From positions 288,001 through 352,000 of the forward strand of contig CAXXXD010000004.1 of NCBI GenBank assembly GCA_963663385.2: a stretch of 64,000 nt of DNA, written 5' to 3'. The notes beneath the pieces were generated by a model. The model searched no databases. It was not told where the DNA came from and was given only the letters and a program-made list of their open reading frames with translations. This DNA is from Oceanispirochaeta sp. Lineage in GTDB: Bacteria; Spirochaetota; Spirochaetia; DSM-2461. Positions 1-9,453 of this stretch are shown here, piece after piece. The translations under genes and the position numbers were made by a program. Every line of letters starts with the position of its first letter. The first letter of the stretch is position 1.

Positions 1-800
1 AGAGAGGAAATCTTACCGCCGATTCCGGTCATGTTGTGCAATACCGCTGGTCCTATGATGATTTCGGAAACCGTATACGGGAAGAACATTACGATGTAAA
101 CGGGAATCTGACATACGATGCCAGGGGAGTGGCTGTCTACCGCTGGATTCACTATCCCCAGGGAAATGAGCTGGAACAGAATAACCTTGATACCGCACTG
201 GAGCTGGTAAGGGATGAAAAGGGGTTTGCCTCCTATCGCTGGGTATTTGATGAAAGGGGTAATATTACAGAAGAAAAATACTATGATATAGACAACACCC
301 TGAAAAAGGACTACTGGGGGATTGCCATGTACCGTTATAATTTTGACGATGCCGGGAATCTGATAGAGTCCAGGAGTTATTCAAATTATGATTCACTGAT
401 TTCCGATAATACGGGTGTGGCAGTCTACCGATGGGATTACGATCTTGACGGCAACAAGACTTCGGAGATGCATTTCGATGATGAAGAGAAACCGGTTGAA
501 AACCTTGAAGGGATAGCATCCTATAAATGGGAGTATGATGAAGAGGGGAATGCTGTAAAGCAGAGCCAGTTCGGTTTGTTCGGGCAGTATAAGGCCAATC
601 CGGACGGAGTGGCCATCTATCGCTGGGAGTACGATAAATACGGGAATACCCTCTCGGAGTCCTACTACGGAATTGACGAACAGATTGTTGAGAACCGGGA
701 GGGGACGGCTGTTGCCCTGTGGGAGTACGATGACAGGGGGAACCCTCTGAAGACATCCCGGTTCAACAGAAAGAAGCTTCCCCTGGAGCTGACCCGCTAA
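1..800 (+). CDS. YD-like repeat protein, 5' end outside window (at least 8 repeats of 32 aa)
   Basis: Frame is open from position 3 to the stop at 800. Regular 32-aa units YRWxYDxxGNxxxExxxD...GxA. Confidence 0.8.
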   Translation, partial: RGNLTADSGHVVQYRWSYDDFGNRIREEHYDVNGNLTYDARGVAVYRWIHYPQGNELEQNNLDTALELVRDEKGFASYRWVFDERGNITEEKYYDIDNTLKKDYWGIAMYRYNFDDAGNLIESRSYSNYDSLISDNTGVAVYRWDYDLDGNKTSEMHFDDEEKPVENLEGIASYKWEYDEEGNAVKQSQFGLFGQYKANPDGVAIYRWEYDKYGNTLSESYYGIDEQIVENREGTAVALWEYDDRGNPLKTSRFNRKKLPLELTR

Positions 801-1447
801 CGGGATTTTTCAACGCCCCGTTTGCGGCACCGGCCGGATAAACGGCAGAGGGAGCATCTGGGGGACTGGGGAGTACAGATCCGCTGCCCATAGAGAACAA
901 GAAGTTCGTTAATGCTTATCCAGTACTCCCGGGGGAGTACTTTTTCCAGGGCTTTGACAGAGTCATCCGGTTTTTCTGTTTTGATCCAGCCCATTCGGTT
1001 GGCTATCCTGTGAACATGGGTATCCACGCAGATGGCTGGGATGGCAAATCCCAGACTGAGTACAAGATTGGCTGTTTTCAGGCCGACCCCTGGCAGGGCC
1101 AGCAGGGATTCCCGGTTTGAGGGAACTTCTCCGTTATTTTCATTCAGCAGAATCCGGCTTATTTTTTTCAGGTTGGCAGATTTCACCCTGTAGAATCCGC
1201 AAGGGTAGATCAGTTCGGCTATCCTATCCTCCTCCAGCCGGGATAACCGGGCAAGGGTCGGCGCTTCTTCAAAAAGCCTCCTGGAAGCTTTCAGGGTAAC
1301 ATCGTCCTTGGTTCTGAGAGATATAATCGTAGATACGAGGATCTTATAGGGACTGCCGCTCTCTTCTCCGATCAGAGAAACCGATGGCAGTTCCGTCTGC
1401 TCCTTCAGGCGGTTCAATTCCTGAAAAACAGATTTCCAGTCAGGCAT
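797..1447 (-). CDS. nth: Endonuclease III
   Basis: HhH motif LPGVGLKTAN, VDTHVHR, C-terminal 4Fe-4S motif CxxxxxxCxxCxxxxxC. Confidence 0.93.
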   Translation of the reverse strand: MPDWKSVFQELNRLKEQTELPSVSLIGEESGSPYKILVSTIISLRTKDDVTLKASRRLFEEAPTLARLSRLEEDRIAELIYPCGFYRVKSANLKKISRILLNENNGEVPSNRESLLALPGVGLKTANLVLSLGFAIPAICVDTHVHRIANRMGWIKTEKPDDSVKALEKVLPREYWISINELLVLYGQRICTPQSPRCSLCRLSGRCRKRGVEKSR

Positions 1448-1919
1448 AGACCGGTATCAGCAGAACCGCAGCCATGGCCTCTATGGCAAAACCCTGTCCG
1501 CAGGCGTCTAGCTTCTCTTTTGTCTTTGCTTTTACGGCTACGCATTCCTGTGGAATCGAAAGGTCTTCGGCCAATCTGCGCCTTATACTCTCTCTGTATG
1601 GAAGGAGTTTCGGTTTTTCCAGTATGACAGTACTGTCCAGATTCCCTATCCGATATCCCGCCTTCCTTACCCTTTCCGCTGTTTCCTTCAGGAGAAGACG
1701 GCTTGAAACGCCTTTCCATTTCGGATCGGACGGGGGATAGTGGGTGCCGATATCACCGTCGGCCAGAGCCCCGAGGAGCGCGTCGATAACGGCATGGATA
1801 AGAACATCTCCGTCTGAATGGCCGTCTTCCCCTTTTTCAAAGGGAATGGTAATCCCTCCTATTATCAAAGGCCTGCCTTCTGTCAGACGATGAATGTCGT
1901 ATCCCTGTCCGATTCTCAT
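1440..1919 (-). CDS. ispF: 2-C-methyl-D-erythritol 2,4-cyclodiphosphate synthase
   Basis: MRIGQGYDIH, GHSDGDV, DIGTHYP, KAKT motifs. Confidence 0.96.
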   Translation of the reverse strand: MRIGQGYDIHRLTEGRPLIIGGITIPFEKGEDGHSDGDVLIHAVIDALLGALADGDIGTHYPPSDPKWKGVSSRLLLKETAERVRKAGYRIGNLDSTVILEKPKLLPYRESIRRRLAEDLSIPQECVAVKAKTKEKLDACGQGFAIEAMAAVLLIPVYA

Positions 1920-2575
1920 TTTCTCTCCAGATCCTGGGGGTAGGTAATTTTTATGTTGCGGGGGTCTCCCTTCACCGTATGGGCCGGCCCAATATAAACG
2001 CTCCAGATTTCTGAGTCATCAATAAAGCTGACCTCTCCGTTTCTGGCCTTTTTATGAGCCTCCCATATTTCCGGGAAGGAGAATCCCTGTGGTGTCTGGG
2101 CGCTGACAGTTCTGCTCCTTTCCAGATGGGTTTCAATATCTCCCAGAGGGGAGAGCACTTTCATGGCGCTGACAGAGGGTATAACGGGGGTGCTGTTGCC
2201 TCTTTGAACAGTTCCTTCCAGTACGCGCCGTATCAGTTCTTCCGTAATATGGGGTCTGGCTCCGTCGTGAATCAGAACCAGGTCGCTTTCTTTTTCAGTC
2301 AGAACAGCCAGGGCGTTGAAGACCGACTCCTGGCGGGAGCAGCCTCCCTGAACATAGGTAATGGGGAAATTGATATGATGGAGAGCCTTTTTCATCTCCC
2401 CCTCTTTACCTTCGGGAAACGTTACAATGATATGGTTGAACTCCTCAGAGAGAACAAAAGGAAGAACGGCCCTTTCCAGAACGGTTCTTCCTTTTAATAA
2501 ACTGAATTCTTTTTTGCCCCTGCCCTTCATCCTGCTGCTGGATCCGGCAGCTGTTATTATGGCAGCTTTTATCAT
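1916..2575 (-). CDS. ispD: 2-C-methyl-D-erythritol 4-phosphate cytidylyltransferase
   Basis: AAGSSSRM, GGCSRQESV, IHDGARP, QTPQGF, NIKITYPQDL; next to ispF. Confidence 0.94.
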   Translation of the reverse strand: MIKAAIITAAGSSSRMKGRGKKEFSLLKGRTVLERAVLPFVLSEEFNHIIVTFPEGKEGEMKKALHHINFPITYVQGGCSRQESVFNALAVLTEKESDLVLIHDGARPHITEELIRRVLEGTVQRGNSTPVIPSVSAMKVLSPLGDIETHLERSRTVSAQTPQGFSFPEIWEAHKKARNGEVSFIDDSEIWSVYIGPAHTVKGDPRNIKITYPQDLERK

Positions 2576-3078
2576 TTCTCCGCTTCGAGTTTGCTGAAAA
2601 TCAGCTGTTCTATATCATCTTTGCTCTTGCCCAGAGAGAAGGAAATCTCATCAATCAGGAGTTTCAGGGCATTGTCATAGAGTTTACGTTCCAGGATGGG
2701 GAGTTCCTTGATTTTACTTCTGTGATAGAGTGTTGTTACAACAGTGGCTATATCAAGAACGGAACCCTTCTTCAGCAGGTCCACATTCATCTGATAGCGC
2801 ATTTTCCAGTCTGTGGGAACAGGTTCATACTCTTTGGTAATCAGCTCCAGAGCTTTTTTGGATTCTTCGGGAGAAACGATGGCTCTCACTCCCAGCTCTT
2901 CCGCTTTCGATGTGGGGATCATAACTGTCATATCCGATACTTCCAGATAAATGACGTAATAGAGGACTTTTTCCCCTTTGAATTCTTTTTCTTCTATTTT
3001 CTCAATTCTTCCAACGCCCTGAGTCGGATAAACAACTTCCTGCTTGGCTTTAAAGAGGGTCTCTGTGGTTTTTTCCAT
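2572..3078 (-). CDS. carD: CarD family transcriptional regulator
   Basis: VVYPTQGVGRI N-terminus and WKMRY; conserved carD-ispD-ispF order. Confidence 0.9.
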   Translation of the reverse strand: MEKTTETLFKAKQEVVYPTQGVGRIEKIEEKEFKGEKVLYYVIYLEVSDMTVMIPTSKAEELGVRAIVSPEESKKALELITKEYEPVPTDWKMRYQMNVDLLKKGSVLDIATVVTTLYHRSKIKELPILERKLYDNALKLLIDEISFSLGKSKDDIEQLIFSKLEAEK

Positions 3079-3164
3079 GCCGGATATTATACCCTGCGGA
3101 CAGATTGAAAGTCAAACCGCCCGAGGGCGGATATCCCACTTTCTCCTGTCTGTGATAAATCCTG

Positions 3165-5126
3165 TCAGGAGGGTAGATTCTTCAGCCAGTCGGTCATGTC
3201 CGCATCACTGGGCATCCGCCAGTCTCCCCGGGGGGACAGGGCTATGGTTCCCACCTTTGGTCCATCGGGCAGACAGGAGCGTTTGAACTGCTGGGAGAAA
3301 AAACGGCGGACAAATCGTTCCAGCCATTTCCTCAGTATCTCTTCCCTGTATTTTCCTTCAAAAGCCTGCTGCGCCAGATAGAAGACCTTGTCAGGGGAGA
3401 ATCCGCAGCGGATCAGGTGATAGAGGAAGAAGTCATGCAGTTCGTAAGGGCCTATGAGATCTTCCGTTTTCTGGGCGATATTCCCCTGTCTGTCCGGAGG
3501 CAGGAGTTCCGGAGAAATGGGCGTATCGATAATATCATGGAGGATACGGGCTGCTTTGCTGTTTTTCTGCTGATCCGCCACATACTGTACAAGGTAGCGG
3601 ACCAGAGTTTTGGGAACCCCCGTATTTACCGCATACATGGACATATGGTCCCCGTTATAGGTGCACCAGCCCAGGGCCAGTTCAGAAAGATCGCCTGTTC
3701 CGATTACAATCCCGCCTATCATGTTGGCTTTGTTCATCAGGTACATGGTCCTCTGTCTGGCCTGGACGTTTTCGTAGGCTACATCAGAAGGGGTCCCCGA
3801 ATGATCCAGCTCTTTCATCTGAAGAGAACAGATCTCTTTTATATCCAGGGTTTCTATGGGGATGTTCATCTCTTCGCAGAGCAGTCGGGCATTGCTTTTC
3901 GTTCTTCCTGTCGTGCCGAATCCGGGCATGGTATAGCAGTGAAGGCCGGAGAGATCCAGATTCAGACGCCGGAATGCTTCGGCTGTTACAAGAAGGGCCA
4001 GCGTGGAATCCAGCCCCCCGGAGAGACCCAGTACAACCTCTTTACAGCCGATATGTTTCAGCCGGGAAGCCAGGCCGGTACTCTGAATGGAAAATATCTC
4101 CTGGCAGCGTTCCTTCCTGTCCTGACGGGAGGAGGGGACAAAGGGCTGGGGATTTATAGAACGAAGAAGATCCCTCCCTTCTGAACCGGCTGCCGGTTTC
4201 TTTTTCTGATCGATTGTAAATCCAATTATGCGGTGGGTCAGCCGCTCCCTTTCCATCTGTACGGTTTGCGAAAACGAGGGGGAATTCAGTCTTTCGTGCT
4301 CCAGGAGTTCCAGATCCACATCAGCTGCTTCGAAGTGTCCTTCCGGCAGGAAACGGGCTCCTTCTGCCAGCAGCCGGCCATTTTCGTAAATAAGAGAGTG
4401 TCCGCCATAAACCGTATCGGTTGTGGATTCTCCGGGGCCGGCTGAGCTGTAGGCATAGGCCGCCATACACCGGGCGGACTGCTGTGCTGTAACAGTCTTT
4501 CTGTAATCAGCTTTTCCAACCAGTTCATTACTGGCAGAGGGGTTGGCAATAATCAGGGCTCCTCCGAGGGCCAGCTCTGTGCTGGGAGGAAGGGGGGACC
4601 AGAGGTCTTCACAGATTTCAATCCCGAATCGAAAGAGGGGGAAGTCCCGGTTTTGAAAGATCAGACCGGTTCCGAAAGGTACTTCATCTCCGTTCAGCAG
4701 TACCGACTCCTCCTTAATGTCCCGTCCTGATGCAAACCATCGCTGTTCGTAGAACTCATTGCTGTTGGGGATATAGGTTTTTGCCGTAATCCCTACTGTT
4801 TTCCCGCCTCCGATGAGAGCGGCACAGTTGAACAGGCGGCTGTTCACAATCAGGGGCAGGCCGATGATAAAGGGAAAGTCCAGATGGCCGGAAAGGGTGA
4901 TCAGTTCCTGCAGTGCTCTGCCGGCAGCTGCGAGAAGCGTCTGCTGCCTGAACAGATCCCCGCAGCTGTAGCCGGTGAGACACAGTTCCGGGAAGAGTAC
5001 CAGGTCCGGTTCTTTGTCCTTCAGCTGATTAAGCTGTCGGGTGATATTGCTGAGGTTGGCAGATACGGCGCCGGCTTTTACGGGCGGAACCGCTGTGATA
5101 ATTCTGGCAAAGTTATATTTTTTCAA
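3165..5126 (-). CDS. nadE: Glutamine-dependent NAD+ synthetase
   Basis: Nitrilase domain (FPELCLTGY, EFYEQRW, EICEDLW) plus synthase domain (GLSGGLDS, ENVQARQR, QQFKRSCLPDGP). TTG start at 5126 follows a GGGAG RBS. Confidence 0.95.
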   Translation of the reverse strand: MKKYNFARIITAVPPVKAGAVSANLSNITRQLNQLKDKEPDLVLFPELCLTGYSCGDLFRQQTLLAAAGRALQELITLSGHLDFPFIIGLPLIVNSRLFNCAALIGGGKTVGITAKTYIPNSNEFYEQRWFASGRDIKEESVLLNGDEVPFGTGLIFQNRDFPLFRFGIEICEDLWSPLPPSTELALGGALIIANPSASNELVGKADYRKTVTAQQSARCMAAYAYSSAGPGESTTDTVYGGHSLIYENGRLLAEGARFLPEGHFEAADVDLELLEHERLNSPSFSQTVQMERERLTHRIIGFTIDQKKKPAAGSEGRDLLRSINPQPFVPSSRQDRKERCQEIFSIQSTGLASRLKHIGCKEVVLGLSGGLDSTLALLVTAEAFRRLNLDLSGLHCYTMPGFGTTGRTKSNARLLCEEMNIPIETLDIKEICSLQMKELDHSGTPSDVAYENVQARQRTMYLMNKANMIGGIVIGTGDLSELALGWCTYNGDHMSMYAVNTGVPKTLVRYLVQYVADQQKNSKAARILHDIIDTPISPELLPPDRQGNIAQKTEDLIGPYELHDFFLYHLIRCGFSPDKVFYLAQQAFEGKYREEILRKWLERFVRRFFSQQFKRSCLPDGPKVGTIALSPRGDWRMPSDADMTDWLKNLPS

Positions 5127-5381
5127 CGTACTATCTCCCTGAATAAGGCATGAGCGGGCACCGCTGAGCTGATTTTTCAAATCCTTTTTCGATGGATACC
5201 CTGAACTTGAATTTATCTATTGTTCGGGGATGGTGTCAACAGTACAAAATAGTCGGATTCCGTTATTCTGTTTACAATATTGTAGGAAATTGATAAAGCG
5301 CTAGAATCCATTTCGGAATAGGATTTCTGTAAGTCTCTATATAGAAAATAACTGTATTTTTACAAAGCTCTTATCAAAAAA

Positions 5382-5397
5382 TGGCATATATCTTGCA
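5382..5397 (+). promoter_or_regulatory. Sigma54 (-24/-12) promoter
   Basis: TGGCAT-ATATC-TTGCA matches TGGCAC-N5-TTGCW with correct spacing, ~60 bp upstream of the nifV-like start. Confidence 0.65.
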
Positions 5398-5458
5398 TTT
5401 TCATTATTACAACATCGAATGGATACAGGATTCTTCCTGTGTCCGGCAGGAGGATTAT

Positions 5459-6304
5459 GTGGTTAACTTTGACAGCAGTCAGTCTCTCTGGGTAATCGAT
5501 TCAACCCTCAGGGAACGGAGCATGATGAAAGGCCGTGAATACACTGAGCCGGAAAAACTTAAAATTGCCAGTCTGCTTGCATTGGCAGGGGTTCACGAAA
5601 TTGAAGCCGGAATCCCCTCAAAGGGGGCCAGAGAGTGCCGTGCGATCCGACAGATTAAAATTGAAAATCCCCATAGCCTTGTCACCTGCTGGGCCAAGGC
5701 CAATCCTGAATCCATTGAGCTGGCAAAAAGGTGCTCGGTTAATAGTATACACCTCTGCTTTCCGGAAGAAACCGTGGAGTCCAATCTTTCCGCCGCGCAG
5801 TTTGAAGCCCGCCTGGATGAGATGTGCCGGTTGATTAGGCAGAGCTTCAAATCATTTGATTATGTAAGTGTCGGTATTTCCAATCCTTTCAGAGGGGATA
5901 TGATTAAACTGGAACGTTTTATATCCCGTGCTGTTCACTGCGGGGCCATGAGGATACGGCTGGCCGACTCGGGGATCCGGATCAATCCGGAAGATGTGCA
6001 GAACTTCTTTGATAAAATAAGCACCAGAACGATCGCGCCCCTTGAATTCCATGGCCATAATGAGGCCGGAACGGCACTGGAAAACACGATAAGAGCCATC
6101 AGAGGCGGGGCTCAGGCGGTCAGTATGACTGTTACGGGGCTGGGGGAGAACGGAGGAGTCGCCAGTCTGGAAAAGATGGGGCCGGCTCTTCTCAGACAGT
6201 TCCAGTATACGAATCTGAATTTCTATAAGCTTAATGAAGCGGCAAAATATGTGGGTATGCTGGAAAACCGGCGGAAAACGCGGAAGCGGGTAAAAGCCGC
6301 CTGA
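5459..6304 (+). CDS. Homocitrate synthase-like (DRE-TIM metallolyase) protein with degenerate motifs
   Basis: IDSTLRE, GVHEIEAGIP, RIRLADS, EFHGHN, TVTGLGE. GTG start follows GGAGG. Confidence 0.75.
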   Translation: MVNFDSSQSLWVIDSTLRERSMMKGREYTEPEKLKIASLLALAGVHEIEAGIPSKGARECRAIRQIKIENPHSLVTCWAKANPESIELAKRCSVNSIHLCFPEETVESNLSAAQFEARLDEMCRLIRQSFKSFDYVSVGISNPFRGDMIKLERFISRAVHCGAMRIRLADSGIRINPEDVQNFFDKISTRTIAPLEFHGHNEAGTALENTIRAIRGGAQAVSMTVTGLGENGGVASLEKMGPALLRQFQYTNLNFYKLNEAAKYVGMLENRRKTRKRVKAA

Positions 6305-6425
6305 TTTTCCGGCAGGGAAGGAGCGGGGGGGACTCCCCGCAAGTCACGCGTTCTGTCTGGTCCAATAGAGAAAATTGTTATATAATCCCCGGGTATTACC
6401 ACGGGAGGTACCCTTCAGGGGATTC

Positions 6426-8567
6426 ATGAGAATCTTTTTTTACAAGCGGATAGGACGCTTTTCCCTTCTTTCCTTTTTTATTATTCCGGTTCTTTTAATT
6501 GCAGCCTGTGTTTCCTCTTCTGTGTATACTGTTTCCCGGGCCTGCCGGGATATGGATTCTCTTCTGGAAAACGGTATAATCCCGTCGGAGGATTTCCTTT
6601 CGGGAGGCATGAATCCGCGCACCCTGTCCCTGTTTCTGGAAAACTACTCCGATACCCAATTGCTTGCAGCCGGGTATCTCCTTCAAAACCGGAGAGAGCT
6701 GGATAAGGCTGTTTTTCTGCTTGACCAGATCCCGCTTTCCTCTTCCCCTCTTTCAGCTATGGCAGGAGATCTTCTGCTGGAGTGCCTGAGAGAGAGGGAG
6801 GAATGGGGCAGGATTGCCGCCTGCTCGTCAGAGAGGCTTTCTCTGGAGACGGACGGCCGGTATGCGGACAGCCTGATCAGTTCTTTGACCGAGGCTGTCT
6901 GGAAGGGGCATCTGGATTCCGGAGAATATTCGGGGTTTTACGAAAACAGTCTGTCCGGATGGTCGGTTCCCCTCAGAGCGGAAAAGGGAATACTTGATTA
7001 TACAGATTATATCCGTTTTCTCCTGACAGAGGATCCGGTCCTGATAGATGAGATAATACAGAATCGGCCAGGGCTTTTCCCCGGGCGGGAAGATCCGGCC
7101 GATCCGACGCACCGGATTCTGACGACCCGTTCCCTTATCAAAGAAGTCCGTTACGGTGACGCTGAAGCCCTGATACGGGATCTGTGGGATGATTTTTCTT
7201 CCCTCTCCTCTCTTCCTTCTGCTTTTCTGGAAGATTTTAAAAGAGTGATTACCGGATCGGGAGAAGAGGATTACTGGATCCCTGTTATTGAGGAATGGAA
7301 AAAGGGGCAGCCGGACGATTTCAGCCGGTCATTTCTTTTAGCTGCGCTTTGCGAAGGGGACAGACAGTGGAAAAGAGCCTTCGATCTTTATAATACAGCT
7401 GCCGAATCGGGGTTATCCTTTCAGAGGCGGAGGGCCCAGTGGTACCAGCTTCGTCTGCTTATCAGGCAGGATCCTGAAAATGTACCGGATTTTCTTTTTC
7501 AGAATGCTGAATCATGGGGGAACACGGACTACTTTGACGACCTGATGGATGAATACTACAGCCTTCTTGTCCGTTCCCGTTCCTGGAGAGGGCTGAAAGA
7601 TACGCTGAAGGCGCTGGAGGGGGCATCCCTGTCCGGTCCGGTGGTTCAGGGGCAGTTCCTGCTGAACGAAGCTGCTGTTCTGGGGCTGACTGAGTTACCC
7701 GGGGATATTTTTACAGCGGGGGAATCCTCCGAAATGAGCAACGACTATTATGCTCTGCTTCAGGATGCATCCTCCTGGCCGGTTGGCAGTTCCGTTACAG
7801 GTTTGACAGCGGATATCGGCCTGTCACCCCGAGAGGCGGCGGTGGCTGAGGTATACAGGATTCTGCATCAGGCGGGGTATCCGGAACTGTGTCTCTCCCT
7901 ATGGAATCACCGAAAGGACGTTCTGGACTTCGATACGGTTGAAGGGCTTTGTGTCTACCTCTTCAAACAGAAAGAATTCTACAGTCTGATACAGTTCTCC
8001 GGTTACTGGTATTACAGGTGGCCCCGCCCCCTGGCCCTTAACCTTCTGCCCTGGCTCTATCCTACGGACAACGGGCTTCCCGTGAACCTGCTGAGCAGGG
8101 AGTACGAACTGCCTGAAGAGCTGATAGAGGGAATCATCCGGCGGGAGAGTGCTTTCAACAAGACCATCGAATCCTTTGCCGGCGCTCAGGGGCTGATGCA
8201 GATAATGCCGGCAACGGCCAGCGATCTTGCCTCCCGGCACCGCATTCCCGAGTGGGATCTGATGAATCCGGATGACAATATCCGTCTGGGGAGCCTTTAC
8301 CTCAACTGGCTGATCGAACGCCCCTGGACGGACAACTATGCGGACGTTCTGGCTGCCTATAACGGAGGGGGCGGCAATCTCCGGCAGTGGAAGAGGCGTT
8401 ACGGGTCTCTGGGGAATCAGCTGTTTATTCAGAGTATCCCCTATAGTGAAACCCGGAATTATATACGTAAGGTTATTGTAGCAGCCGGTGCTTACCGGTA
8501 TCTTAATACAGGAGCTGCGCCGGGAGAGTGGGTTTCTCTGTTCTTTGCTCCTTTCCCGGCAATGTAA
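6426..8567 (+). CDS. Lytic transglycosylase (SLT domain) with N-terminal helical region
   Basis: IIRRESAF, GAQGLMQIMP, LAAYNGGGG, IPYSETRNY. Confidence 0.88.
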   Translation: MRIFFYKRIGRFSLLSFFIIPVLLIAACVSSSVYTVSRACRDMDSLLENGIIPSEDFLSGGMNPRTLSLFLENYSDTQLLAAGYLLQNRRELDKAVFLLDQIPLSSSPLSAMAGDLLLECLREREEWGRIAACSSERLSLETDGRYADSLISSLTEAVWKGHLDSGEYSGFYENSLSGWSVPLRAEKGILDYTDYIRFLLTEDPVLIDEIIQNRPGLFPGREDPADPTHRILTTRSLIKEVRYGDAEALIRDLWDDFSSLSSLPSAFLEDFKRVITGSGEEDYWIPVIEEWKKGQPDDFSRSFLLAALCEGDRQWKRAFDLYNTAAESGLSFQRRRAQWYQLRLLIRQDPENVPDFLFQNAESWGNTDYFDDLMDEYYSLLVRSRSWRGLKDTLKALEGASLSGPVVQGQFLLNEAAVLGLTELPGDIFTAGESSEMSNDYYALLQDASSWPVGSSVTGLTADIGLSPREAAVAEVYRILHQAGYPELCLSLWNHRKDVLDFDTVEGLCVYLFKQKEFYSLIQFSGYWYYRWPRPLALNLLPWLYPTDNGLPVNLLSREYELPEELIEGIIRRESAFNKTIESFAGAQGLMQIMPATASDLASRHRIPEWDLMNPDDNIRLGSLYLNWLIERPWTDNYADVLAAYNGGGGNLRQWKRRYGSLGNQLFIQSIPYSETRNYIRKVIVAAGAYRYLNTGAAPGEWVSLFFAPFPAM

Positions 8568-8588
8568 ATATAACAGGATGGTTGATTT

Positions 8589-9383
8589 ATGAATTATTTC
8601 CAGGGAATCTTTCTGGGCATACTGCAGGGCGTTACGGAATTCCTTCCCGTATCCAGCTCGGGGCACTTGCTTATGATGCGTAATATACTGGGGCTGGGAG
8701 ACATCCCTGTTCTTTTTGATGTTCTGCTGCATGTGGCGACGCTGATTGTTGTTCTTGTCATGTTCCGGAAAAAGGTGCTGGAACTGGTAGGCTCTCTGTT
8801 CAGATGGATAGTCCGGAAGTCGGACGATCAGGATAAGGTGAATATGAAGCTTATTGCCATTATTCTGATTGCGGTATTTGTGACAGGGGTTCTGGGACTG
8901 TTTATCGACGGACTGAATCTTTCCGAAACTCCCAGGATCGTCTTTCCTTTTTATCTGGTAACAGCTGTGCTTCTCTGGATGACACGCAAAGCGCCATCCG
9001 GCAGAAAATACAGAGACCTGGGGTATGCGGATGGTCTGATAACTGGTGTGGCTCAGGGATTCGGTGTTCTTCCGGGCATTTCCCGTTCCGGAATAACGAT
9101 CTCTGCCGGCCTTTATAGAAAAATGGACCGGGATGTGGCTGCGGAATACTCTTTTCTTATCTCCATTCCGGCTATCATCGGGGCGGTTTTACTGGATATG
9201 AAGGATGCCTCGGATCTATTAAGCGCCGTATCCCTTCCTGTTTTGGGCGTTTCCTTTCTTGTTACCATGATTTCCGGATTTCTGGCCCTTTCGCTTCTGG
9301 TAAAGCTGATCAACAGCGGTAAGTTCTACTTCTTCTCCTTCTATCTGGTACCACTGGGAATCCTGGGACTGATCTTTTTCTGA
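8589..9383 (+). CDS. uppP: Undecaprenyl-diphosphate phosphatase
   Basis: QGVTEFLPVSSSGH, PGISRSG, AAEYSFL. Confidence 0.95.
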   Translation: MNYFQGIFLGILQGVTEFLPVSSSGHLLMMRNILGLGDIPVLFDVLLHVATLIVVLVMFRKKVLELVGSLFRWIVRKSDDQDKVNMKLIAIILIAVFVTGVLGLFIDGLNLSETPRIVFPFYLVTAVLLWMTRKAPSGRKYRDLGYADGLITGVAQGFGVLPGISRSGITISAGLYRKMDRDVAAEYSFLISIPAIIGAVLLDMKDASDLLSAVSLPVLGVSFLVTMISGFLALSLLVKLINSGKFYFFSFYLVPLGILGLIFF

Positions 9384-9401
9384 CCTCCCCCATCCCCGGA
9401 T

Positions 9402-9420
9402 CCCCGAGCGTAGTCGAGGG
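9402..9420. repeat. REP-like element copy 1 (CCCCGAGCGTAGTCGAGGG)
   Basis: Identical 19-mer at 25720-25738; both copies are intergenic, downstream of a gene. Confidence 0.6.
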
Positions 9421-9453
9421 AGAGGGGTCAAGGAGCTGGATTTTAAGCCGATA

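Noticed and set aside
5220..5370. NifA upstream activator site
   Set aside because: I did not find TGT-N10-ACA with correct spacing, so the activator cannot be named.
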